Shown here piece by piece: positions 26,270 through 38,680 of a stretch of 64,000 nt of DNA. A model generated the notes under the pieces. The model ran no database searches. It was given only the letters and a program-made list of their open reading frames with translations, and had not been told where the DNA came from. Made by a program: the position numbers and the translations under genes. Position 1 is the stretch's first letter. Each line of letters starts with the position of its first letter. This DNA comes from Octopus sinensis (lineage: Eukaryota): positions 69,316,001-69,380,000 of the forward strand of contig NC_043005.1 of NCBI RefSeq assembly GCF_006345805.1, given 5' to 3'.

Positions 26270-26580
26270 CACATGTTTTCATTGTCCGTATCATATATGA
26301 CAAGGATATTGCATGTTTTATTCTATTATTATTGTCTCTGAATAACGCCAGGTGTTGTGTATACATTTCCCTTAACGAGTTGCCTCACATTCCTTCCGAT
26401 ATACGTCTTTCCTATTTATCTGATATCTGTGGTCTTGATCTGGTATACGAAATATTTCTCGAGACAATTGTTGTTTAGAGAGAAGCGGTTTGGAGATCTA
26501 CAATTCCATTTTCTTTCGAGGGTGATTCTGGTGTGTTTAATTTATTGCGATTGAGAATTGTTGACTATACATTGGGAAGG
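26270..26580 (-). mobile_element. PLE GIY-YIG endonuclease remnant (different lineage from H1-linked PLE)
   Basis: PNV*STILNRNK..NCRSPNRFSLNNNCLEKYFVYQIKTT...GKTYIGR, matching PNMxSIIxxHN..CNCR...CPLxGxCL..xVY..YIG. Confidence 0.75.
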
Positions 26581-27029
26581 CAAATATATCTGACATTAAC
26601 TGTACTTCTCTGAATTTGTCTATTAATTCTAAGAATGTCTTTGCTATGTTAGTAGAAACATTCATGCAATACGGTGGGTTAAAAGGAAAAAAAAAACCCG
26701 TCTCTCAGCGTCCTCTTGGTCTATTTATTTTTGGCTTAATGAAGTATATGCTATTCTTAAAATTGAACCTTTCTAATGCAACAGTATAAAATGTGGCTGC
26801 TTTTTCTGAAGTGTCGTTGTCGGCGTATGCTTGTAAATATTCTTATATGTATGCATAAATACATATATGCATATGCGTATGTACATATACGAATGGTGAT
26901 GAAATAATCCTCGGTTTGGGCAAAAGAAGATACATGATGATTAGTTTATTATGTGAGAAAAACAGTAAATATCACTTTTATTGTAGTTTGCGTCTTTTCG
27001 TAAAAAGGAAACTAAATATATGCATTTCT

Positions 27030-27288
27030 ATATTTCAGAGATGAGGAATTACGTGCATTATTTACATTATTTATATTATTTACATTCGACGGATATTTGT
27101 GGTCATCGTGTTTATTGTTAACACAACGTTTTGCCTGATATACACTCCAGCATTCTTCAAGTGTCTTGGGGAAATTTCAAACCTGGGTTCTCCATCCTAA
27201 GGTATCTTTCGATGTTGTTGTTGTTGTTATTATTATTATCATTATTATTATTATATTATTATTATTATTATTACATTTGTTGTTGTAG

Positions 27289-27361
<73 letters not shown>

Positions 27362-27381
27362 CTTTGTTGTTGTTGTTATTA

Positions 27382-27446
<65 letters not shown>

Positions 27447-27481
27447 TATTATTATTATTATCTTTGTTGTTGTTGTTATTA

Positions 27482-27527
<46 letters not shown>

Positions 27528-27605
27528 TTTCAGATCACTGCTTGAAATCGAACTCGAAATCTTGGGATCAGTAGCCCCCGCGCTTAACCACTACGCCAAA
27601 TGTAA
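27030..27605 (-). mobile_element. Family H1 unit, full head, (AAT)n expanded to ~310 nt, decayed hammerhead 27120-27165
   Basis: Minus-strand head tggcgtagtggttaagcgcg..gagttcgatttc. The tail matches 17335-17490. Confidence 0.85.
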
Positions 27606-29879
27606 TTATATGCATTCCGAAAATAATTTTAAATTGACGAACATAGTTTTCTCTATTAGGATGTTCTAATACCAGTTGTTGTAGCGTTTATATGGCAAGG
27701 AATTTAACAACCTGGCTTAAATAATAGTCTTTAGAAATATTTAATAGCGTGGACATGTCAACCGTAAGCCACAACCTATATTTTAGTTTGTGTCTGTACT
27801 CGTTCTATGTAGTAATTTACTATTTATGCTGTAATAATACAGATATTGTAAACTGTATACAGTAGGTCTTACTGAGGGTGCTTAATACACCTAAACATTT
27901 ACCTCTTGCTCCTCCACTTATTCTGCAAAGACATAGTCTATGTTTAAAAGCTTTGATTACCCAAAACTTTTAGACGTCTGTCACATATTTCTCATAAATT
28001 TTGTGGAAACCATAACGAGAATTTATTTTTTAATACCCCGCATAAAATACTTGAATTTTGTATGGTATGAAAGCCTGAAAGATACGATATATTTGTCACC
28101 TGTACACTTCATAGTCAAAAGCAAACGCATACTGAAATATATATATTTTTGTTTATGTATCATTCATATGTTTTGGTAAACTCTTCGTTATTCATCATCT
28201 TTCATGGCTGATACAGTGCTGTTTCTATTACTACAAATGTTCCCCTGTCACCAAGTGACTGTAAAGATAAACTTTTAAAGCATAAAATTAGTAGTTCAGT
28301 CTGCATCACACTCTATAATTTGGTAACAGAGTTCTTTCAAAATTCATTAACCGTAAAACTGTGTATGTCCATAATGTGTGTTCGTTACTGAGTATATACC
28401 AAACTATGCACCTTCGATAATATATTCATCGTTTGACGCACAATTCGAATAGTGAAGCAGGCATACATTTCGGAAGATACAGTACTCGTATTAGAAGGGA
28501 AAAACAGCCCAGAGAATTTATGCACCCAGTAGCAACATCATCATGGAGAACATTGAACACTTTGAATATAATTTGAATATAACGAAGATAATGAATGAAA
28601 TTTTAATATTTCTATTTTTGAAAACCAGTAGATGTGTTCCACTGAAATTAGGTAAATAATCCTTCGAACAGACGGTTGGGCAAATACCCTGAAACATGTC
28701 TGTAGATGTCTTACCAGCAAGGGGAAACGGCTGACCGCCCCTGTTCGAAGGTTATAATGGACACAGGTTCGTGTGTCACATAGGTAGCTAGAGGCGATAG
28801 CTTCTTGGAGCTAATCAACAGCAACTTTAGACTTATATTTATCGACTGCCATATTAGCTTGGTGATAACTGTTAATTTCCAGTACCGCTGCTGTAGTCTC
28901 CCTTAGAGAGATTTCGTAATTTTAACATTTCGAATTTTCAATATGATTTGAATAGAATGAAATTAAAACTAAGCGCATTTTCTGTTATATCTATTAAGTG
29001 ATAGTATGCAACTAGGAGTTCTTTTCGACGGGACCAGTTTGTCATCACTTCTGTCAATGAAAGCGACAAAATAGTTATAAGAGTGCTTAATATAGCAATT
29101 TAAATATAGTTTTCTTAAAGGCCTACAAATGACCAATACCGGCATTACGCATCAAGTCAGTCTTTAAATATTGTTTAATAAAATATCGAACGGTTACGAA
29201 ATTCGTAATCTTTGCGCATGATAATTGCTTCACCTTCGCAGAGGATAGCAGCCTCCCATTCCGGCTCATTGTTCTGCTTTACTTCCATGCTTACACTTGC
29301 ACGGTTATGACTTTCACATCACGCTTCCATGACCATAAATGTTTATAAAATACAAAACAGTTTAGAAATTAAATGACAGTAAAACATCTGTACGCCAATG
29401 TACATCACTTTTGCCATTCTCTTGTTATCGTAGTAGATTGCAGTCACAAGGATTGCATGAAGACTTAAAGATTTGTGTCAGAGTTTATTTATCCTAGGAG
29501 AGCTGCTTTCCCAACAGTTAAAACTGATGGGAATTTCATGACAAAATCGATGAACTGTTAACGGAAATCTACATAGTATATATAACAGATATACACAAAC
29601 TTATAGTCTGCGCAGCCCTTGTAGTTGTGCACACCATTGAGATTGAAGTGACTAAAAACGCAGGACATACTGTCGTGGTGGAAAGAAAGAGATGAGAATC
29701 AAACTGAATGGCTCAAAATAGATCCTGGACGCATGAATGCAATCATAAAAAAGAAGTGGACGACGGAAACACACAGGAATGAATTGCAAAGGAAACACAG
29801 CATAAAACAAAACGGACTGTAAACTGTTAACGCATGAATACAGCGAAAAATAAAAGCACAAACGGGTAAAAACAAGACA

Positions 29880-30945
29880 GATACAGGAAGAGAACAAATC
29901 AGTAGCAGCAGAAGAAACACTTCAACAACGAAAGAAAATATTATGAACATCTTAATAAAGAAGATCAGGGAAATGACATACCAGAGCCTGAATGAGCACG
30001 AAAATCCTAAGTAGAAATTTGGAGCTAAGATGTTCAACATAATATAAAGTTGACTAGTTACAGGAATTACAAAGAGGTATAGAAGATGGATATACATAAG
30101 AAAATATAACTATTGCGGATAAGACAGTTCAACAAGTGAAGCAGAAAAACAAATTGGGATGCTCCCGACCAAGATGGTGTCCAGGGATTGTGGCGCAAAA
30201 TCCTCCTAAGTATACACATGTGGTATATACGACTGTTTTTTTACTGACTGCATAGAAAATACACCACTAACATTGATGAGAAGTGTAAGGATTGTGTTGT
30301 AACAGGAGGAGAAAGAAAAATGAGGTCCAGTAAGCAATTATAAACCTACAACATGCATAACGTCATTCTGAAAACTATTAACTGTCGTCACAACCAATGA
30401 CGTATATAATTTACTGGAAAATGAGGATCCACTGCCGGGGAGGCAAAGATTGATGTAGGAAGAAATGAAGGGAAAATACTACATAGAGAGACCAGAATCG
30501 CTAGGTAACGTGAAAATACGCAGGGGCATTGTTCAAGGACATTTCCTCTCACCGTTCCTCCCGCCAACAAATTTACCGAGAAAATCCAAGCCTGCCTATG
30601 AGTTTATCAAAACCAGTATTAGAGTAAACCTGTATATACAAAAAATTAGACCGACCTAGAATCTTTAATCCAACCAGTGAGAGTATTCATTATAGACATT
30701 GGAATGCAGTTTGGAGTAGATAAGTGCGCAGTACCTTGAAGAGAGGGTGTAAGATAACGCCTGATGGTATGAAATTATCAGAAAGCATCATCATTAGATT
30801 TATGTGGAATATTGAGGGATACAGATGTCTAGGAGTATTGCAATAAGAGAAGATAAGGGAAATTGGAATGAGAGAAAAATTAACTTAAGAATAGAAAAGG
30901 AAAATTCTGAAGAGGTTCGCAACCAAATAGAATGAAGAGAATATC
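29880..30945 (+). mobile_element. Decayed R4/Dong-type non-LTR retrotransposon RT region, internally deleted
   Basis: NWDAPDQDGVQGLWRK, SNYKPTTC, NVKIRRGIVQGHFLSP, DIGMQFGVDKCAV and GYRCLGVLQ in the expected order. Confidence 0.85.
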
Positions 30946-32724
30946 TTGACTAGAGCACTTCGGTTATTTATTGATGAGCGATTAGAAGATGAAGTTTACT
31001 TAAGCGACATACTGCTTATAATAATGCAGGGAAAATAAATTTATAAAATTAAAAGAGCAGAGAAGGTCTCAGTGAAACTCCAGAGGGATACATATATCTA
31101 GGAGTATTGCAATAAGAGAAGATAAGGGAAACTGGAATGAGAGAAAAATTCACTTAAGAATAGAAAAGGAAAATTCGGAAGGGGTTCGCAACCAAATAGA
31201 ATGAAGAGTATATCAGTATACCGTTTCAAACTAACGGAACAGATTTATGAAGACAAATAAGAATTACAAGAACTTGTGGGGCTTCGCCATAAGGGCTAAC
31301 TCTATAATATAGGCATTCGGTACTAATAATAAGAATCATGCATTATATTTAAGTAGCCTAATATATCTTAATATTATTAATACATAAATCCGATCATATA
31401 TTATATACTTTTCGATGCTCTTAGTTCTCACAACACAAAATGATGACTGTAATTTTATATAATTCATGAATTTTGTAATTTATATTCCAATAATTTTATT
31501 CAGTCAGATTCTGGCCTTAGGTGATATCTTTATATCTGCTTCATCATCCATAGTTATGGCTTTTATAATTCTTTAATCAATTCGTTATAATACTATAAAT
31601 TCTTTTAACATTTACTGCCATTTATGACCTGAAATATTTGTTATGATTCTTCTCAATTCTGTTAATATTTTCTTAATAGTTCCCATAATTTTTAAATATC
31701 TAGACTATTTATGGAACCTATTTGCTTTGTTCTCAATTACAATGTATCAATATTGGATAATAGAGACTGTGAGATTCAAGGGGTTTCAATTTTTTGGCAG
31801 GGGTGTCGGAGGAGTGGTAGAATATCGTTTCTGCTTTTCTTTCTTTATCAATTCTGGTCTTGCAGCTCGTTACTTCATTATAGCAATAAAACTGATTTCT
31901 CTAAATTTCCGTATTTATCCAACATAAATTTATATCTCTATTTATTACGTAAAATATTTACACATGTGTTTGTTGTCTATGTCAATGCCATTTTCCTGTG
32001 AATTCTGTTAATCACTTCCACTAATAGAATTATCTCATTATGTTTCTATTTAATTATTCATTTACCATCGCAGTTGGTACTGTGATTATCTCTATCTTTA
32101 TATATTCATCATTGTTATTTTCCTTCAACTCTTTCTATTCCCACGCTCTCCTCTGGAGTTTCACTGAGACCTTCTCTGTTCTCTTAATTTTTTACAAGTT
32201 ATTTTCCCTGCATTATTATAAGCAGTATGTCGCTTAAGTAAACTTCATCTTCTAATCGCTCATCAATAAATAACCGAAGTGCTCTAATCAACATGAATTA
32301 TGTAAGTGAAAAAGCAATGCTGTAATATCTTAAGCCTGTCATTCCACTACAAGGTGTAAAACAGTAAGTGTTTTTTTTCAGAAATTTTACAGCTACTGTC
32401 TTCAAATGTGTTTTGACATATTCAAATACCATGCTTGCCATTTGTCTGTTGTTTAATAAAACATTTCAGTGCTCTTCTAGGTGGTGTATTTGGTACGCTT
32501 GGTAAATCGTGAGTTGGCAAACATGTTGCACTATCGTATGCATGCGTGCATATAGTTTAACTGAGTGTACTGTGTGTGCGTCATAATAAAGACACTGGCT
32601 GAAATAATATTACAATATCCCCCATTTGAAATTTCTTGTTATATACACACATTCACACACACACATATATCTGTGTATTTATGTATATCTATGCATACCT
32701 ATCTATCTATCTATATATCTATCA

Positions 32725-32810
<86 letters not shown>

Positions 32811-33197
32811 ATCCTAGTTAACGTTCATCAAACTATGCTCCACGTCACAGTTAGGTGTACCATAACCGAGTATATCTTCTATTGTACTGTATCTCGTAAC
32901 ACGACGTATGGTGACAACCGACCTGACCGAATCATTAGCACGTCGGATATAATTCTTTGGAACATTCATATGTCTTACAAAGATTAATTCAAATGATGCC
33001 GTGGTCAACGTTGATATTCCTCCTTTCGTGTTCAACAAAAGAACTATCATTTTAGTATTGGGATGAATGTAAACTACAAACAGTGTCCCGTACACTTCAG
33101 GCATTTTGCTAATTTAGTAGAGAAAATATATAGCATTATAAAACGAATTAAAAAAAAACAATATTAAACACACATGCACACACGTATGTGCGCGCGC

Positions 33198-33238
<41 letters not shown>

Positions 33239-33297
33239 GGGATTTCGTTTGCAAGCTTCCTTCTTTAAGACCGTGTGTTGAAGCATATTCATTTGTG

Positions 33298-34534
33298 TCT
33301 GGGGAAAGACATTCTCTTTTAGTGCCTTATAATTTAACACACTCACCGATAAGATTTCCACTCATTTCCTTCTTTATTTTTCTAAAATTTTCCTTTCCCC
33401 TTGCAAACTTTTCGGTAATTTTGACTCTGTCCCTTATTCACACTGCGTTCTTTTTTGCTTGTGCGCATGTGTGTGTGGGTTAGTGTGTGTGTGTGCATAT
33501 ATCTTTACATATATAGATATACTCCACATACACATACATACATCTATCTTCATCACAGCCCACTAACCAGTCTACTCTACCTGTATAGATTGTAGGTATG
33601 GAGGTATGATATCTACTACGTATATTTCCTATTTAGTATTGGGGAACTTTCATTTATGAGGTGATACCCCTGTATTTACCTGGGTGTTGGGTCCTTTGGG
33701 TTCTTGGATAATATTCCGATGTCAAGTTGACCTAGGTTGCCTCCATATTGGTTCATGGCATGTTAGTAGAGTATGGAGGATATTTTTGTTGTTATATTGT
33801 TTCAAATATTCATTTAGTCGTTCCGCAATTATCCGAGTTCTATCCCTTATAGGACCAACATAGGGGCAACCAGGGTCAACTTGACATCGGCATCTTATCC
33901 AAGAATCCAAAGAACCCGACACTCAGACAAATACAGGACTACGTCCTCATAAATGAAACATCCCCAATACTAAATAGGAAATATACGCAGTAGATATCTT
34001 ACCCCACAAAACGGTCTATACATGTAGAGTATATTAGATAGTGGGCTGTTAGAGTAGAATAGTTAGTGCGCTGTCATGTAGACATATGTATGTACATGTG
34101 TGTGTGGGGTGTATGTGTATATGTATATCTATATGTACATGTATGTAAGCATATGCATATGAAAGTAAATAGATAAACACAGACGGCACATAGGTTATAT
34201 GCACAGATGAGCAATCATACACAAATGTAGACTGAAACACATGAATATGCAGAATACATACATACAAATATACACACATACATCCATATATACATATGCA
34301 CACCCCCATTCATGCATGAACATACATGCATGCATGCGGGCATACATACATATATGTGTATGCACACACACATACACACACACACACTGATCTACACATA
34401 TGCGCACAAATAAACCTAAAGAACGGCAAGAATGAAAGCTGTTGGAATGGTTGCATAAAAGAAGGAAATGAGTGGAAATTTTACCGGTGAGTGTGTCAAT
34501 TTATAAGGCACTAAAAGAGAATGAATCTCCCCAG
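33298..34534. repeat. Nested inverted repeats (fold-back region)
   Basis: Outer arms ~33298-33377 / 34455-34534; inner arms ~33555-33752 / 33853-34050. Confidence 0.85.
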
Positions 34535-34578
34535 GGACAACAATATATATATGTATATACATATATATTTTAATAATA

Positions 34579-34610
<32 letters not shown>

Positions 34611-35065
34611 TATGTATATATATATATTTATATATATACATACATACGTACATATATATATATATTCAGATATTTATTACTAGATATATCTAACAACCAA
34701 TCGTTAAATGTTTGTTTTGTTTGAACCAGTGAGTATGCAGGTATGAGTCTTTGTGCGTACGTGTGTGTGTGAGATTGTGTGTGTTTGTGTTTGTGTACAT
34801 CTATATATATATAGAGAGTAATGAAAGTAGTAAGAAAGCTAGGAATAGATAACCAAAACGTTATAGGTTGCTACACTAAAATACATAAGTATATATGTGC
34901 TGAGTACCTATATGTGATATTGACATATAACACAAAATCACATTGCGAAGCAACGTAAATTATTTTCCCATTTTAATAATTATTTCTTATATCTCAGTTT
35001 TAATTCCATTTAAATTTAGTAAATATTTTACCTTTTCGTCGTGTTCCTTATAATACATTCCTATA

Positions 35066-35111
35066 ATTCGATATGGGTGTGTGTACATACATATATGCAC
35101 TTACACATACG

Positions 35112-35179
<68 letters not shown>

Positions 35180-35223
35180 GTATGTGTAAGTGCATATATG
35201 TATGTACACACACCCATATCGAA
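35066..35223. repeat. Perfect 46-bp inverted repeat flanking a (TA)n tract
   Basis: attcgatatgggtgtgtgtacatacatatatgcacttacacatacg at 35066-35111 and its exact reverse complement at 35178-35223. Confidence 0.95.
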
Positions 35224-35224
35224 T

Positions 35225-35255
<31 letters not shown>

Positions 35256-35671
35256 GACGCACGCACACACACACATATATATATATATATATACAGTGTG
35301 ACAATTGGAAACAGAGAAAGAGAGAAAGAGTTACACAGACAGATAGATAGGTAAATATATAGATAGATACATCAATAAATACACAGGTGAATTCTCAAAC
35401 TATTAGACGAGTTAGATAGAGAGGAACTGGAAAGAGCTTTATTCAGTGAAAATCGGCATGTGAGTTGTTTGCTCTGAACAACATTTCCGTGCATCTGTAC
35501 AACTCGCTGCAAAATTTTTGTATAGATATAATCATTTGATTTGCCTCACTATTACAACCAAATCCTATTTAATATGCAACTGTCGAAATAAATGCAGAAA
35601 AATCTCTGTCTCTGCCTCTCTCTCTCTCACACACACACATACTTATACACGCACAAACACACACAAATATA

Positions 35672-35734
35672 CAGGGTATCCCACAATTATCTCTAGATAG
35701 TTTATTCATAGAGAGTTAATTTGGGAGCACCCTG
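35672..35734. mobile_element. Tiny Tc1/mariner-type MITE (63 bp)
   Basis: TA|cagggtatcccacaatta...taatttgggagcaccctg|TA: imperfect TIRs starting CAGGG, TA on both sides. Confidence 0.6.
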
Positions 35735-37010
35735 TATATATGTATACTTTTATATGTGTGTATTGTATAATTCATTGTTTGCACATTTGTATATAAGTCC
35801 CACTAATTGTATGTATACTTGTAACGTGACTCACTACGATACCTAATAATTTTACAATGCCTAAAAATGTCAGAAAGAATACCAAACCTATGAAAAAAAA
35901 CAAATGCTTCTGCGAGAAATTTCTGCGGCTTCAACCTTTTAGTTTGAAATTCATTTTACTAAATATGTTGATTCTTCAATTTTTATATCGTTCAATATAC
36001 ATGAATGGTTATTGTATAAGTGGTAATGGATTTATATGACTCCTAATATTTAAATTATACTATAATGTAATAATACAATTTCTAATATTTGATGCTGTCT
36101 TATGAAGGTTAGAGAGAAAAGTACTTAATATATCATATATCATAAAATTTTACATACTTATGATGTATTTATTTCTATGTTACTAATATCATATGTACTA
36201 CTGTCATTGGTAACTTATGAATTAAAGTCAGTAAAAGAATGTACGTTTAAGTATATTTCTTCATATATGACACTCGCATTTATTCTATACATGGCTGCTT
36301 CAGAGTTATATCGACTATCTCTTGGTGGATGAAACCTACGCTGAAGCAAGATATATATTAAAACATCATTCTAGTTTATTTCCATGAAATTTGTATTAAA
36401 TTCTTAAAGCAGGATGTGATGCATATTGTTGTGACGAGAGTCACCACCCCCACTTCCGAGAAATAGACTGGAACGAGCGATTATATATAGTAGAGGTCGG
36501 AGTAAAGTTTGTGGATTAGTCATTTCAACACCCAACATTATCTGAAAATCATACCCAATGCAGTATGCGGCAGAAAAGTGGCGCGCATATTCAAAGTATA
36601 CAGTTTGTTTGCTATTCACCAGTTTTCCGCCGCATAGTGCTTAGGCAAGTCTTTCTCCCAGTTGTGGATTAATATTTTATCAAACCTAAAAATGAAATGT
36701 TCACTTCCAATATCCAGCCAGTGTGAAAATTGGGTTCTCATGACATTTTGGTTGACATACCGTTAAATGTCACAATGTCAATCAATTAAAGCCCATACTT
36801 TCCTTCTAATTATATAAATATTAATTGTTATCGCCATATTAATATGTCATTCTTATAGAGACTTAGTAATTTTTATATTTCTATTATATAAATATTATTT
36901 GAAACCAGATGCAGAAAAGCTTTATCTTCGAGTTGCTGGCATTTAGTTCCTTATTTTTCTTAAAACTGCATCTCTTAATCGAGATACACGACACCCCCCC
37001 AAATGTGCGA

Positions 37011-37041
<31 letters not shown>

Positions 37042-38269
37042 TACACACACACACATACACACACACATTAATATATGCATTAATATATTCGCTGGAGATA
37101 AAATGTTGATGGAAGATTTGACTCCTAACTTCCAGCCTCCCACGTAGATTTTTATATTCTTAGTGTGATGCAAGGATAAATTTAAGCAATTATTGAAATG
37201 TGTTGTATGCTTTTGATGAATTTATTATTTGATTATTTCTTTCTCGAATTCATTATGCGTTGTTACCTACACTTGTATATTATTATATAAATAAATTGTA
37301 ATAATAGTTTAGAACATATTACAATATATATCTGGAATATATGGCTTCACAAAATAGAAATAAAATGCTAAGTAATATTTAAGCTAAGAACTGCACAAGG
37401 TTTCATCGTTTATATTGTTTTCATTTTTACAATGTATCTCTTATAGAACATGATATTTGGTAATGATATTTAACAATTATATTAAAAACTCTATTATCAC
37501 TGTACATAACGAAAATGTTTCAAAAATCCCAATGGTGAAATTCTACATAAGAAACGGAAATATCTGTTTTCCATAAGAACAAATACAGCCATAGCATTAG
37601 AGAAATAGAGAAATGAATTGCAAAAAAAAAGAAGAATTAAACAATAACATCGAGCGTCACCATCCGGTTACTGAAAATTATACGAAAGCCAGCTGCAAGG
37701 AAGGCAAACGTTAATGTTAGATGTAATGTAAAATTACACAATGATATGTCAATAAAAAGCGGTATTAAATATTATATGAATACTTTTTGGTTTTGGGGGG
37801 AATAAGATGACTGAAAATAAAATATATGTGTAATACAACAATGAAAAACAAATTCAAAATACATTTCCACTCGAAGGAATCAGGAAAAATGATTTGTGTT
37901 GCCACTCTTGACAAAAGTAAGCAGAATATCAGCAGGAATGCTCGCTTTCGTACACGCACACACAAATATCATGGAATAATGTGAATTACACAAAACATTA
38001 TATTCTAAAGTATTATGTTGAAAATATATGTTACATATTGCATAAGCGTATAGATCTTCTTGGGATTGCATGTATTTCAAATATGACTCAAATTTAGTTA
38101 AAATACTGCATCTTACTCAAAATTAGATTTCGAAGTAAACTGCCCATGAAGCCTAATGTACGTACTGATTTAACCTGTAAGCACCTTGATTTACACCTCA
38201 CACTCCTGGCGACTTCCATTCCCTCAAACGTTAACGACCATAACCACTCAAATCGTGACACTAATTGCT

Positions 38270-38680
38270 TCTCGTTTTTTTTCCTGCAAGCATCCGATTC
38301 ACATTTCCCTTGGCATTAAAATGATAAAAGCTTCTTCAGGGCAAAAGACGTTTTCTTGTGCCGATCTTCAGCCTAGTACTTTTGATCTGCCCAGGTTCTC
38401 TCTTTAGCTTGCTTTTCGTTCGATAGAGAATTTTGTCTTCAGGTCTCGGGAATGTTTACAGGAACAACAATGGGCCAAATCTATATGAAACGGTTCGTCT
38501 GCTATTTTTAGTCTCATATATTTCCACAGTTCACATTATCACTCTTGAGCGATACATTGACGATTATATGGACACGATTTCCTGTCCTGCAAAATCTCAA
38601 CTCTTTACTGTCTTTCAATCCTTCCGACCAGCTATTGAATCCTCCTGCTCTGTCTTCTAGACATTTCTTGATATTTCCGA
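38270..38680 (+). mobile_element. PLE RT remnant
   Basis: IPIHISLG, FSFDREFCLQVSGMFTGTTMGQIY (cf. FxFNGxxYxQxxGxAMGTxMGP), ERYIDDYMDTISC..FRPAI and TFLDI. Confidence 0.75.
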
